A DNA stretch of 59,416 nucleotides from Candidatus Geocrenenecus huangii. Lineage in GTDB: Archaea > Thermoproteota > Nitrososphaeria_A > Caldarchaeales > Wolframiiraptoraceae. The DNA lies in contig JALNLM010000005.1 of assembly GCA_023254095.1 (NCBI GenBank), positions 56,383-115,798 on the forward strand, read 5' to 3'. Below, piece by piece: positions 31,323-40,487 of this stretch. A program made the position numbers and the translations under genes. Below the pieces are notes generated by a model. The model saw only the letters and a list, made by a program, of their open reading frames with translations. It was not told the origin of the DNA and searched no databases. How positions within the stretch are numbered: the stretch's first letter is position 1; each line of letters opens with the position of its first letter.

Positions 31323-32390
31323 ATGCTCTTCATAATCTACACTACCGGCAGATGTAATTTAAAATGTAGGTATTGTGGCGGTAGCTTCAACCCAGAGATC
31401 GTTCCTTGGAAGATAAAATATAGTTTAAGTGACCTCGAACACTTAATTAAAGATAAAGATATCGTGGGGTTCTATGGTGGTGAGCCTCTCCTCAACCTAG
31501 AACTCATTAAAGATTTCATGGATACGTTTACAGCTAGCAGGTACGTTATACAGACGAATGGTCTTCTACTCCATAAACTAGATAGAAGGATACTTGAGAA
31601 TCTTGATACGATACTTGTATCAGTAGATGGCGTTGAAGATTTAACCGACCGATTTAGAGGTAGAGGTGTCTATAAGAAGGTACTAGAGAATGTTAAGAAG
31701 ATTAGAGGGGAGGGTTTCTGTGGAGACATAGTTGCGAGAATGACCGTAACGGAAGAAAGCAATATACATAGGGATGTTAGGCATCTGCTATCTCTAAGCT
31801 TATTCGACCACATCCATTGGCAGATCAGCTTTGTCTGGGCAGATCCATGGAAAAATCTATGGAGATGGATAAAAGAAAACTACGAGCCTGGCTTATCTAG
31901 ACTCTTTGATGATTGGCTGCGTAAACTAGGTATAGGGATAGTAGAGGGGATAGCACCTTTCCAGGGAGTATTGAAGAGGATCATCGAGGGTGGGCCAGCT
32001 CCACCATGCGGTTCTGGATCAGAGTCATTTACAATACTTACAGATGGCAGGGTCACCTCATGCCCAATAGCGGTCTCTGAGAAGTGGGCTCACGTAGGCT
32101 TCATCAAAGAAGTCTCGAGGGAACGTTTAGAAGAACTTAAGCCGCAGATATCTGAACCCTGTATATCTTGCAGCTACTTCGGGATATGTGGTGCAAGATG
32201 CCTCTATACTCATGTGGAGAGGTTGTGGGGAGAAGAAGGTATGAAAGCAGTATGTGAATGCTCCAAACACTTAATAGACCTAGTCTCGGAGAACATTGAA
32301 CATATTAAAGATTCAGCATCAGATGGAAATCTTACACTTGAAGATATATTGTACCCTGATTATAATAATACCGTTGAGATAATTCCATAA
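31323..32390 (+). CDS. Radical SAM/SPASM protein (AF0577/TIGR04084-like)
   Basis: CNLKCRYC (CxxxCxxC), YGGEPLL, SVDG, SPASM cysteines (CGSG, CPI, CISC...CGARC), C-terminal EIIP. Confidence 0.9.
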   Translation: MLFIIYTTGRCNLKCRYCGGSFNPEIVPWKIKYSLSDLEHLIKDKDIVGFYGGEPLLNLELIKDFMDTFTASRYVIQTNGLLLHKLDRRILENLDTILVSVDGVEDLTDRFRGRGVYKKVLENVKKIRGEGFCGDIVARMTVTEESNIHRDVRHLLSLSLFDHIHWQISFVWADPWKNLWRWIKENYEPGLSRLFDDWLRKLGIGIVEGIAPFQGVLKRIIEGGPAPPCGSGSESFTILTDGRVTSCPIAVSEKWAHVGFIKEVSRERLEELKPQISEPCISCSYFGICGARCLYTHVERLWGEEGMKAVCECSKHLIDLVSENIEHIKDSASDGNLTLEDILYPDYNNTVEIIP

Positions 32391-32433
32391 CCGGAAATTG
32401 ACTTCGAGACTAGTTCTCTTCTCTCTTTTCTCC

Positions 32434-33291
32434 TCATTCGATAAACTTCGAAAGTCGCCTAACAAGTTCTTTCACATCTATACATGGTATTGTGAGCTGA
32501 TCGGTAGAGGAAGTTTTGCTGAGGACCTTGATGACAACATTGTTCCCCACTCTCTCTAGTTGATACATATATCCACTTGATGCTCTAAATATCACAGAGT
32601 AGTCCAGGTCGGATTCAATAATCTTCGAGACTCTTTCTCTGAATTCTTTCAATACTTCCTCCGGCTCCAATTCATAGGATATTTCAACTATCTCGTTCAG
32701 AATATTTGGGAGTTCTCTCTTTATCTTTCCTGCAATCTCTTCTGTTAGAGAAGCTAGTTCGTTAATTAATTCTTCTCTTACAGGCTTCGGCATAGATGCA
32801 AGCGCTTTCCTAGAATCTCTGTTTAGAAGATTCCTCAACCCAGTATTCATCATCGCTGAAGATATTCTTGCTTCCTTTATCCAGTCATATAGTGTGTCTT
32901 TAGAGAATCCTAATGCTCTAGCCGCTTCCTCAACATTTCTCCAAATACCTTCGTTGATGCATCTCAAAATAAACTTTCCTTTCTCCGCTGGAGTCAATTC
33001 TTCACGGTTTGTATGCACTATTGCAGCCATCTCCATAGCTTCTCTACGACTACAATCATATATGATACATGGTGCTTTATCTACGTTGAGAATCTTTAAC
33101 GCCTCTAGCCTCGTTCCACCATCGAATACCTCATATTCTCCATCTCTTTTTTTCCTTACGAGAAGAGGTTTAACGATGTTCCTTGATCTGTATGTCTCGA
33201 TTATGCCTTGAATGATTTCAGGACTTCTAGCTTCTCGGGGATTGTAGTCTGCGATTTTGAGCTGGTTTATCGGAATATATTCTATCTCCAA
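32434..33291 (-). CDS. ParB/Srx-family protein with HTH
   Basis: YNPR, PLLVR, YEVFDGGTRLEAL, REELTPAEKG, HTH (VEEAARALGFSKDTLYDW). Confidence 0.88.
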   Translation of the reverse strand: MEIEYIPINQLKIADYNPREARSPEIIQGIIETYRSRNIVKPLLVRKKRDGEYEVFDGGTRLEALKILNVDKAPCIIYDCSRREAMEMAAIVHTNREELTPAEKGKFILRCINEGIWRNVEEAARALGFSKDTLYDWIKEARISSAMMNTGLRNLLNRDSRKALASMPKPVREELINELASLTEEIAGKIKRELPNILNEIVEISYELEPEEVLKEFRERVSKIIESDLDYSVIFRASSGYMYQLERVGNNVVIKVLSKTSSTDQLTIPCIDVKELVRRLSKFIE

Positions 33292-33575
33292 TTCTTCAAC
33301 CTCCTAATTTTCAATACAGGTTTATTAAAATCTTCGACTATTACCTCTATTTCACCATCAGAATCTAGAAAGTGGTTTACGTTAAATTTCTTCAATGAAA
33401 GTGTGAAAACGTCTTTAAGTCTCTCCCCGTATTTTCCCAATACGTCTTTAAGTTCACCTCTACCGATTACTGCTTCATTCCATTCTCCTAGCTTGCTGTC
33501 CAGATTTTCTCTCAGTATTGTCGCGATCCTTGTGACTTGTCTAACCGCTACGTTCTTATTTTTCAGCTTCGGCAT
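33282..33575 (-). CDS. Hypothetical protein
   Basis: Overlaps both neighbours in the RHH-ParB operon; GGAGAGGAGG SD-like sequence upstream. Confidence 0.65.
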   Translation of the reverse strand: MPKLKNKNVAVRQVTRIATILRENLDSKLGEWNEAVIGRGELKDVLGKYGERLKDVFTLSLKKFNVNHFLDSDGEIEVIVEDFNKPVLKIRRLKNWR

Positions 33576-33792
33576 TCTTCCTCCTCTCCAGATATTTCCT
33601 AACCGCTAACCGTACAAGCTGGGAAATCGTCCTTTCCTCTTCTCTAGCAATCTTCTCTAACTCCCCAAACATTTCTACTGGTAGAAAAACCCCGACGAAT
33701 CTCAGACCTCTCCTTTTACTTGATAAAACCTTGTTTAAAGTTCTTTCGTTCTTCTCCATCTCATGTTCTTTTAAAATTTTTTTATCCGTCAT
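33556..33792 (-). CDS. Ribbon-helix-helix (CopG-like) regulator
   Basis: FVGVFLPVEMFGELEKIAREEERTISQLVRLAVRKYL. Confidence 0.85.
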   Translation of the reverse strand: MTDKKILKEHEMEKNERTLNKVLSSKRRGLRFVGVFLPVEMFGELEKIAREEERTISQLVRLAVRKYLERRKNAEAEK

Positions 33793-33856
33793 TTCTGCAC
33801 CAGTTATTTCACCAATAATATATAAATGTTAATTAACCAGTTCTCGACATATTTAT
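33793..33856. promoter_or_regulatory. Divergent promoter region between two RHH genes
   Basis: 64-bp AT-rich spacer containing TATATAAA and ATTTAT boxes. Confidence 0.55.
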
Positions 33857-34237
33857 ATGGTGAGAATGGGTCGAAAAAGTAGTGGGAGGATCGAGAGGTG
33901 GACTATCAGTTTAAAGCCGGAGATAGACCAGCTTCTAGAAAGGGTTGCGAAAGAGAGAGGGTTAAACAAGACCGACCTTGTTGAATCCATCATAGTGGAG
34001 TGGGCTTATAATCATGGGTACAATAAGATAATACATTTCAATTTTAGGGATGGCTTAATATCTGTATGGGATTACCTGCTGAATGAAACAGTAGACCTAC
34101 GTTATGATTCTATTAAGAAAACTCTCATATGTACGAGATGTAAAGCAACATATTGTGGGCATATAGGTGCAGCATTAAAGATACCTGAAGTAAGAAAGAA
34201 ATTAAAGAAGGGTCAAATAATCATTGAAGATATCTAA
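33857..34237 (+). CDS. RHH regulator with C-terminal Zn-binding (SWIM-like) motif
   Basis: WTISLKPEIDQLLERVAKERGLNKTDLVESII; CTRCKATYCGH. Confidence 0.78.
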   Translation: MVRMGRKSSGRIERWTISLKPEIDQLLERVAKERGLNKTDLVESIIVEWAYNHGYNKIIHFNFRDGLISVWDYLLNETVDLRYDSIKKTLICTRCKATYCGHIGAALKIPEVRKKLKKGQIIIEDI

Positions 34238-34830
34238 GAACAGTTCTTAGGTTCCCCGAGCTTCTTTAATATTTCCGTCAAGTCTTTTTCGTTCTTAACT
34301 TCGTTCTTCAGCTTATTGATAACGTGTAGAGTCTCTCTGATCTCTCCGATTATCTTCCTCCTCTCGCTAATAGATGCAATGTAATCCCTAGCAGTAGGCT
34401 TAGACCTCGAAACATCAATGGATTGTTCATCGAACTTCTCGAGCCTACCGAACAGGAGGTTCAGTCTATCAACCAGCTTCAACAATTCTTCTTGTAGGTC
34501 TATGTATCTTACGAAGCGTCTTTCAAGATATCTATACTGGAGTAAGCGTATTTTTTCAGCTTTGATCACGTGCTGACTAAAGTGCTCAACCAAATCATCT
34601 AATCTGAATCCGTATTCTTCCGCTAATTCTCTAATAGACTGAGCTAGCATTACTTTCCTATCTATTTCGATCCTCTCGGGATGAACGCATACTGGGCAAT
34701 CCCTAGAAATAATCACTACTTCTCCATTGAAGTTTCTCACTATATAGATCTCAGGTCTGAACATTCTAACGAATTTAACGACCAATTTTTTAATTAATCT
34801 CGATGTATTCATCAATGATTGAAGGCGCAA
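34234..34830 (-). CDS. HTH/coiled-coil protein, possible terminase small subunit
   Basis: CPVCVHP...SIRELAEEYG...H..QH HTH, then long helices; downstream of portal. Confidence 0.5.
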   Translation of the reverse strand: MRLQSLMNTSRLIKKLVVKFVRMFRPEIYIVRNFNGEVVIISRDCPVCVHPERIEIDRKVMLAQSIRELAEEYGFRLDDLVEHFSQHVIKAEKIRLLQYRYLERRFVRYIDLQEELLKLVDRLNLLFGRLEKFDEQSIDVSRSKPTARDYIASISERRKIIGEIRETLHVINKLKNEVKNEKDLTEILKKLGEPKNCS

Positions 34831-35003
34831 TCATAGTTTTTGGTTTGATAATTGCAATGCTTAGTATACTTAATCTAGTCGATAAAGACCTAGTTAGAGA
34901 CCTCTTAACTATCATTTCCATACTTCTCCCTCTGATCTACTCTTACAGGAGGAGGGAGGACTTCAGGAAGTTCAAAAGCTTATTCAGTAAGAGGACAAGC
35001 TAG
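34803..35003 (+). CDS. Small two-TM protein
   Basis: Two TM helices and a basic tail. Confidence 0.45.
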   Translation: MYSSMIEGAIIVFGLIIAMLSILNLVDKDLVRDLLTIISILLPLIYSYRRREDFRKFKSLFSKRTS

Positions 35004-35374
35004 TGGGAAAGTAGAAATAATAATAGAAGCGTTATGCATATCATCATCAATGGTATCCTCCTTAAGTGGAGGCTTTCTATGAAGCTTAGGAAGAACAATA
35101 TGAAGTTGATTATATACTCGATGATTGCTACTGGATACGGAGGAGATCTGAAGATAGAGTTGACAATAATGGATAAGACAACGGTTATAGACTGGATTAA
35201 CAAGAGAAACAACATTAACTTGTTTTCTTCCCACTCTTTTCTTTTTATCTTTCTCTTTCTAAATCTATTTAGAAGATTTATTGTAATATATGCCAGCAAC
35301 CCCGACCCTAACATTGATAGAAGAACGATTTGCTCCACAGATAATGGATTCATCTCGGTTTTTAAGAACCTCAC
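35000..35374 (-). CDS. Multi-TM membrane protein
   Basis: Three to four hydrophobic helices; directly after the portal gene. Confidence 0.55.
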   Translation of the reverse strand: MRFLKTEMNPLSVEQIVLLSMLGSGLLAYITINLLNRFRKRKIKRKEWEENKLMLFLLLIQSITVVLSIIVNSIFRSPPYPVAIIEYIINFILFFLSFIESLHLRRIPLMMICITLLLLFLLSH

Positions 35375-35399
35375 AAGAGCATGCTGTTGCTGGAGGGAT

Positions 35400-36659
35400 C
35401 TAATCTTTCTTCTGTAAGCTCTTCTCGGGAATTAATTGTCTAGACTCTTCTACTAGTTGAGTAAGCATATCTCTCACATCTGTTTCAAGTAAGATGTTCT
35501 TGTCAATGGGGTGGATTAATGGGAGAGGCGTATCCGCAATGGGGTGGTCGACTTCTTTAAGTCCTAGAGCCTTCCTCGCTTCATTAATTGTTTCTATGCC
35601 TGACTGGATCCTCATTACATGTATCCTTGTTTCCTGCTCAGGGTTAGTCCACTCCAGTAGCTTAAACTTCAAGTTTACTCTATGTCTTCTTCTCAATGCT
35701 TCGGTTACTGCCGCAGATATAGCTTGCTGAATACTTTTAACCTTCATGGTGAAAGCATTTATCTGGTTCCGTGAAGTCTCGAGTGTGGCCGCCTTCGTTA
35801 CTCCGAGCATTATCTCTGGTACACCTGTTACAGTAACTATCTTCTGTCTATACTCATTCAAGATGTCTAGTACTTGTAGTTCTCGGAATGGATGTCCCAG
35901 GTCTTGGATATTTATGTCTCCCTTAAGTATGAAGCTTGAGCCGGGTTTGGATTGTTCAGCTACTTTGACAAGCCTCTCGAAGTCTGCTTCCGTACCGCTC
36001 TTCATTATGAAGACTTTGCTTAGAACACCTTTCCTCATGAATGCATCCCTAACAAGCAGTTCTGCATGCATCTGACCTTCTAAGACTCTTCTAAGCGATG
36101 AGATTATCGGAGACCCGTACGCTCTCGTGCCTAAGGGGTGGAGTACGATGTGGACTATTTCTTCAGGCTTGAATAAGACCTCCATTCCATGTATCTTTTG
36201 AACATACCCTTTTATCCTTCCATGCTCGTCTCTAATTACCTCCATAGTGTAGGTATCAAGTATCTTGAAGACTGGGGTTGTGTAGACTTCAATATACGAT
36301 TCGCCGAATATTACTGAAGACATTACTAGGTTTCTCAAGAACATTATGAAGTCGTTCTCGTTTTGGTTAATCCATTCTTCAACCTTCTTAACATCATCCT
36401 CTTCTCCTATAATCATCCATCCGTTAACTATCGAAGCGTTGACAAGTACTTCGACAGCCGCCCTCAGATCTGGATTTCCCTCAACAAGCTCAAGTAACTG
36501 TCTCTGGTCGAGAGGTTTAGGTTCACCCCACCTCCATCCATGGATCGTCTCAGCCAGCCCTTTCTCCTCTTTCCTAGATTTAAAGAAGTTTTCGAAGAAC
36601 CTCATACATATACTACTATTCTCAAACACTATAATCTCTGAGAATACTTCTTTAGACAT
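35400..36659 (-). CDS. Phage portal protein
   Basis: Follows terminase; IFGESYIEV, GYVQ...FKPEEIVHI...YGSPI, TGVPEIMLG, TINEARKALGL. Confidence 0.9.
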   Translation of the reverse strand: MSKEVFSEIIVFENSSICMRFFENFFKSRKEEKGLAETIHGWRWGEPKPLDQRQLLELVEGNPDLRAAVEVLVNASIVNGWMIIGEEDDVKKVEEWINQNENDFIMFLRNLVMSSVIFGESYIEVYTTPVFKILDTYTMEVIRDEHGRIKGYVQKIHGMEVLFKPEEIVHIVLHPLGTRAYGSPIISSLRRVLEGQMHAELLVRDAFMRKGVLSKVFIMKSGTEADFERLVKVAEQSKPGSSFILKGDINIQDLGHPFRELQVLDILNEYRQKIVTVTGVPEIMLGVTKAATLETSRNQINAFTMKVKSIQQAISAAVTEALRRRHRVNLKFKLLEWTNPEQETRIHVMRIQSGIETINEARKALGLKEVDHPIADTPLPLIHPIDKNILLETDVRDMLTQLVEESRQLIPEKSLQKKD

Positions 36660-36705
36660 GTAGTAAAGCCTAGTAAGGTAAATGAGCCCTTCTACATATG
36701 CCGTT

Positions 36706-38007
36706 TCACCATCTCCATATTTCCGTTATCTTCACTTGTTGCGGTGGGGCTGACGCTGCGTAGACTGCTAGAGCTAGAGCAATTACATAATCGTCGTGGC
36801 CTCCTGAAGGCGCTTCATATCTAGTTCTTCCACTCTTATCTTGTATTCTCTGAAATTGCTGTAGCTGTCTTACTAGTTTCTCGCAGTCTACCGGTATCTT
36901 GACCCGTCGAGCCCTCATATGATTGTATAGATTGAGGATTAATGCTTCTTTCATATTCTGAGTTATGGTTAGTCCTTCGACATTTACGTGATTTCTCGTT
37001 AAGAAGTCATAAATCGGTATGCCCATCCCGGTCTTGTCTATTATTACTCTTACTGGAGATAGGTCGTCTATAAGCTTGGATATATAATCTCTCTGGTAAT
37101 TCATGTCTACCTCGGTGAATTCTTTGACGAAGACTATTCTTAGAAGGTCTTCTGTCGTCTTCTCGAGGACTATTATTACGGTTGAGTCTCTATATCTTCC
37201 TAAATCGATTCCAACGTATAGAGGATTAGAAGTCTTGACCTCTGTATAGTCAGCGTATTGATAATCTTCTAGACATGAAAATATTAATTCTGTTGGGAAT
37301 AAACTGTTTAATTCTTCGAGGAACTCCATCTCCATCTCCTGCATCCATGCTATGTGGGATAAGGTCTTCCTCAATCCTTCGAGGTCTTCGCTTGTAATGT
37401 GAGGTGAGTCGGTATAATGTATTCTATGTTTTGAGTAGACTCCGCTGACCCATGCTTCATAGAACCAACCCCTCCTGCCTTTAGGAGTCGATATCAATGA
37501 TAATCTACCCGATTTTCCAGCGATGATCGGTATGACAGCCGCTTTGATCTCCATATCGTTCCTGAACATGGCCACCTCATCTACGTATACGTGGTCAGCT
37601 CTAAACCCTCGTATCGTGTCTGGGTTATTCGGCAAACATACGATCCTGCTTCCATTCTTGAATGTTATCTCAGTTTTAGACTCAGATTCAACGATGTTTG
37701 TAGAGTATGTATGTTCTCCTATCCTTACTTTCCTACCTTTCAGTATTGATAGGGATTCTTTAATCTTCTTGAATAGCTCCATGCTCTGTCTTAACGAGTA
37801 GCTGAGAAGAAGGATTGTATGGAGTGGTTTTATGAGGCTCCACGTTAATGATTCTAAAGCGATCGTAAAGCTTCCACCTACCGCCCTAGACTTCAACATT
37901 ACTCTAAACCTACTTTTATCGTCAAGCCATCTTCTCTGCCAATCATATAGCTTTATCCCTACATCAGCGATATCTAGAAGAAGCTGAGCTAACTCGCTTA
38001 TCTCCAT
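36706..38007 (-). CDS. terL: Terminase large subunit
   Basis: LYDWQ adenine-binding motif, KSRAVGGS Walker A-like, VYVDEVA Walker B, ISTPKG, nuclease GIDLG and HDDYVIALALA. Confidence 0.95.
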   Translation of the reverse strand: MEISELAQLLLDIADVGIKLYDWQRRWLDDKSRFRVMLKSRAVGGSFTIALESLTWSLIKPLHTILLLSYSLRQSMELFKKIKESLSILKGRKVRIGEHTYSTNIVESESKTEITFKNGSRIVCLPNNPDTIRGFRADHVYVDEVAMFRNDMEIKAAVIPIIAGKSGRLSLISTPKGRRGWFYEAWVSGVYSKHRIHYTDSPHITSEDLEGLRKTLSHIAWMQEMEMEFLEELNSLFPTELIFSCLEDYQYADYTEVKTSNPLYVGIDLGRYRDSTVIIVLEKTTEDLLRIVFVKEFTEVDMNYQRDYISKLIDDLSPVRVIIDKTGMGIPIYDFLTRNHVNVEGLTITQNMKEALILNLYNHMRARRVKIPVDCEKLVRQLQQFQRIQDKSGRTRYEAPSGGHDDYVIALALAVYAASAPPQQVKITEIWRW

Positions 38008-38206
38008 ATCCTCTAATCATCTCGCTTAGGATTTCCTCGGCTAAACGTTTAAGACGTATGATATCGTTTAGCGTCCTCGCTTTACCTTCAATAACTATGT
38101 CTTCTCCGACCTTCTTAACGGCAAGGCTTACCCCATACAATACTTCACTAGTCTTAGGTGGGTACTCTTCTTTACGACTATGGAGTAGCCAGCTCACAGA
38201 ACTCAT
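37964..38206 (-). CDS. Small hypothetical protein upstream of terL
   Basis: 80-aa ORF overlapping the terL start. Confidence 0.55.
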   Translation of the reverse strand: MSSVSWLLHSRKEEYPPKTSEVLYGVSLAVKKVGEDIVIEGKARTLNDIIRLKRLAEEILSEMIRGYGDKRVSSASSRYR

Positions 38207-38307
38207 CGACTAATAGCACATTAAGAATCTGAAACACTGTACTTTGAAATCCTAGATGATCCATATCCTGTATCCTTATATTTTGTTGCATGGTTGTTTA
38301 ATCAGGT

Positions 38308-38832
38308 ATGGCGGATCCCAGGATGGTGAAGTTTACGTTTAATCCGATAGGCGTCGTTAGAGTTGACCTCGAGGATGAATTAGTCAAAGATTCTTTTGAA
38401 GGTGTTGATGGGAGACTAGAGATATTTGAAGAATATGCGGAGGGACTTGAGGGCATAGATGGCTTTACTCATCTCATAGTCATAGCTTATTTACACAAGG
38501 TAACCGGTGAACAAAGAAGTGTTCTTAAAGTAAAGCATAAGAGATTAGTGAGACTCGGTTTCAATGAGAAAGACCTTCCAGAGGTTGGAGTCTTTTGTAC
38601 AGACTCACCTCATCGTCCAAACCCGGTAGCTCTGACAATAGTTCAACTCGTGAAGAGAGAGGAAAACATACTATACGTGAAGAAACTAGACTTGTTCGAT
38701 GGTACACCAATAATAGATATCAAGCCATATACGCTTGATAGAGCGGTAATGGATTTGGGTTTCCCTGGATGGTACATCCAACTGAGAAAGAAGGTTGAAG
38801 GAGAAAGTGGGAAGAGAATACCAGATCTATGA
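38308..38832 (+). CDS. tsaA: tRNA m6t6A37 methyltransferase TsaA/TrmO family
   Basis: PIGVV, GLEGIDGFTHL, GVFCTDSPHRPNPVALT, LDLFDGTPIIDIKPY. Confidence 0.92.
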   Translation: MADPRMVKFTFNPIGVVRVDLEDELVKDSFEGVDGRLEIFEEYAEGLEGIDGFTHLIVIAYLHKVTGEQRSVLKVKHKRLVRLGFNEKDLPEVGVFCTDSPHRPNPVALTIVQLVKREENILYVKKLDLFDGTPIIDIKPYTLDRAVMDLGFPGWYIQLRKKVEGESGKRIPDL

Positions 38833-38848
38833 TCTACAACCCATGTAT

Positions 38849-39430
38849 TCATCTTGTATTGTTTTTGTTTAGCTTCTCTTCTAGCCTGGATATTTTCCAG
38901 ACAAGTATGGCTATTAGGGCTTTTAGGTCGTATCCATTCTCCCTCCTTACGATTTCAGGTAGCTCTTCCGCTATGAACCCTATCTCCTCTCTGCTCTGCC
39001 CTATCTTCCGCTTATATTTCTTAGGTTTCGGAAAAACGATCTTTTCCAATTCCGCCTCATTTAGTTCCCTTATCTCAGTCTTGTCATCTACGCTAGACCC
39101 AATCGTTATATTCGCGGTAACCACATCATTCAGATAAGCATCTAAGTCGCCGATCTTCAGTATATTTCGATCTGGAGGTTTCAGTACTCCTTCTAACGTT
39201 AGTCGTATCGTTAATTCTTCCGAAGGAGAAAACTCTATCCCACCTCCACGCTCATCGCTTATTCTTCTGACCCCTAATGACCCATTCTCGATCTCAGCGA
39301 TCTTTCTTTCAAGAAAAATATTTTGATTTTTTAATTTTAAGTCTTCCTCTTCAAGTGCCTCGAGCCAGACCTTAAGCTTCTCAGCGGCCTCAATCGGTAG
39401 GCCTGTTCCAGTATCTATTCTCCGCATCAT
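38849..39430 (-). CDS. Short tail fibre/spike protein with C-terminal intramolecular chaperone (peptidase S74-like)
   Basis: SSVDDK...PKKY...GFIAEELPE...LVWKISRLEEKL. Confidence 0.8.
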   Translation of the reverse strand: MMRRIDTGTGLPIEAAEKLKVWLEALEEEDLKLKNQNIFLERKIAEIENGSLGVRRISDERGGGIEFSPSEELTIRLTLEGVLKPPDRNILKIGDLDAYLNDVVTANITIGSSVDDKTEIRELNEAELEKIVFPKPKKYKRKIGQSREEIGFIAEELPEIVRRENGYDLKALIAILVWKISRLEEKLNKNNTR

Positions 39431-39431
39431 G

Positions 39432-40487
39432 TTACTCTACACCTAATATCATTACTTCTCCATTGCCTGACACCCACTCAAGTTTTCTGAAAGGTACAAT
39501 AACGTCAATGAATACTATTTTCTCGTTTGCTTGGCCTACCAGGTCTGCGGATGGATCATCATCAATCCTTAATACTCCTCCAGTTGACCCAAACAATATT
39601 TCCTGCACGTATGCTTCGGATACGTTCAAATGTTCGAGCGTGCAGGATGTGGATGAATAGTATAGCCATCTCTGGATAGTGAGGTTCACGTAGCCTGAGG
39701 ACTGAGCTGTGTTCTCCGTGTAGTTCACGGTTAATGTGTAGATGTTTGACTGCGGTATATCGGTTTCTCTGGTTATCGAAGTGAAGGTTTGACTGTTAAG
39801 CGTGTAGTTGTTTATCGTGGTGTTGGATACGGACGCTGAAACATCCAGCCTTTTCGTTACGGGGCCATCGTATATGAAGTCTATGTTCAACGTGTTGGGG
39901 TTTTCATAGCAGAATATCCGCATCTTGTAGTCATATGTTCGCTGAGTCCAATTACTACCATAACTATCTGCCGAGTATAGTGAAGTGTTATAGTCTGTGC
40001 TGGATAAATAAAGCGATGGATATTGACTAGTATTTGTTGTTGGTCTCTCCACGACCACCCAGTATTTCGTGTTTGCTTGAAGTGTTGGTACACTGCCCGT
40101 GAATGTTAGCTGTGTCTCACTCGTCCCAACATCACTTCCCGTGAACGTGCCTATAGTGGCAATAACATTGTTCACGTCTGGCATATTGCTGCCGTTGTCA
40201 GGGCATATCCTAACATAAACGGTATCAGTGAAATTCGCATTTTTCACTACGTGTAGAACAACCTTCACAATCTTAACCGTAAAGTTCGGCGTTATGAACT
40301 GCTGGCATCTATACCTTTCATAGTTTCCGCCTCCGAGACGAACCGTATTGTATGATGCTCCAGTAAGATTTGTCTGGCTCCAGCTTATTGTATGACTTAT
40401 AGGCGTTGAATACTGTTTGTAAACACCACCCCCAATCCACTTAAATATACGGGTTCTAGGCTTAGTTATTATCACAAGCTCGGTCAT
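39432..40487 (-). CDS. Putative tail receptor-binding/adhesin protein
   Basis: Beta-rich Thr/Asn/Ser/Tyr protein at the tail-tip position; LQANTKYWVVV motif. Confidence 0.6.
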   Translation of the reverse strand: MTELVIITKPRTRIFKWIGGGVYKQYSTPISHTISWSQTNLTGASYNTVRLGGGNYERYRCQQFITPNFTVKIVKVVLHVVKNANFTDTVYVRICPDNGSNMPDVNNVIATIGTFTGSDVGTSETQLTFTGSVPTLQANTKYWVVVERPTTNTSQYPSLYLSSTDYNTSLYSADSYGSNWTQRTYDYKMRIFCYENPNTLNIDFIYDGPVTKRLDVSASVSNTTINNYTLNSQTFTSITRETDIPQSNIYTLTVNYTENTAQSSGYVNLTIQRWLYYSSTSCTLEHLNVSEAYVQEILFGSTGGVLRIDDDPSADLVGQANEKIVFIDVIVPFRKLEWVSGNGEVMILGVE

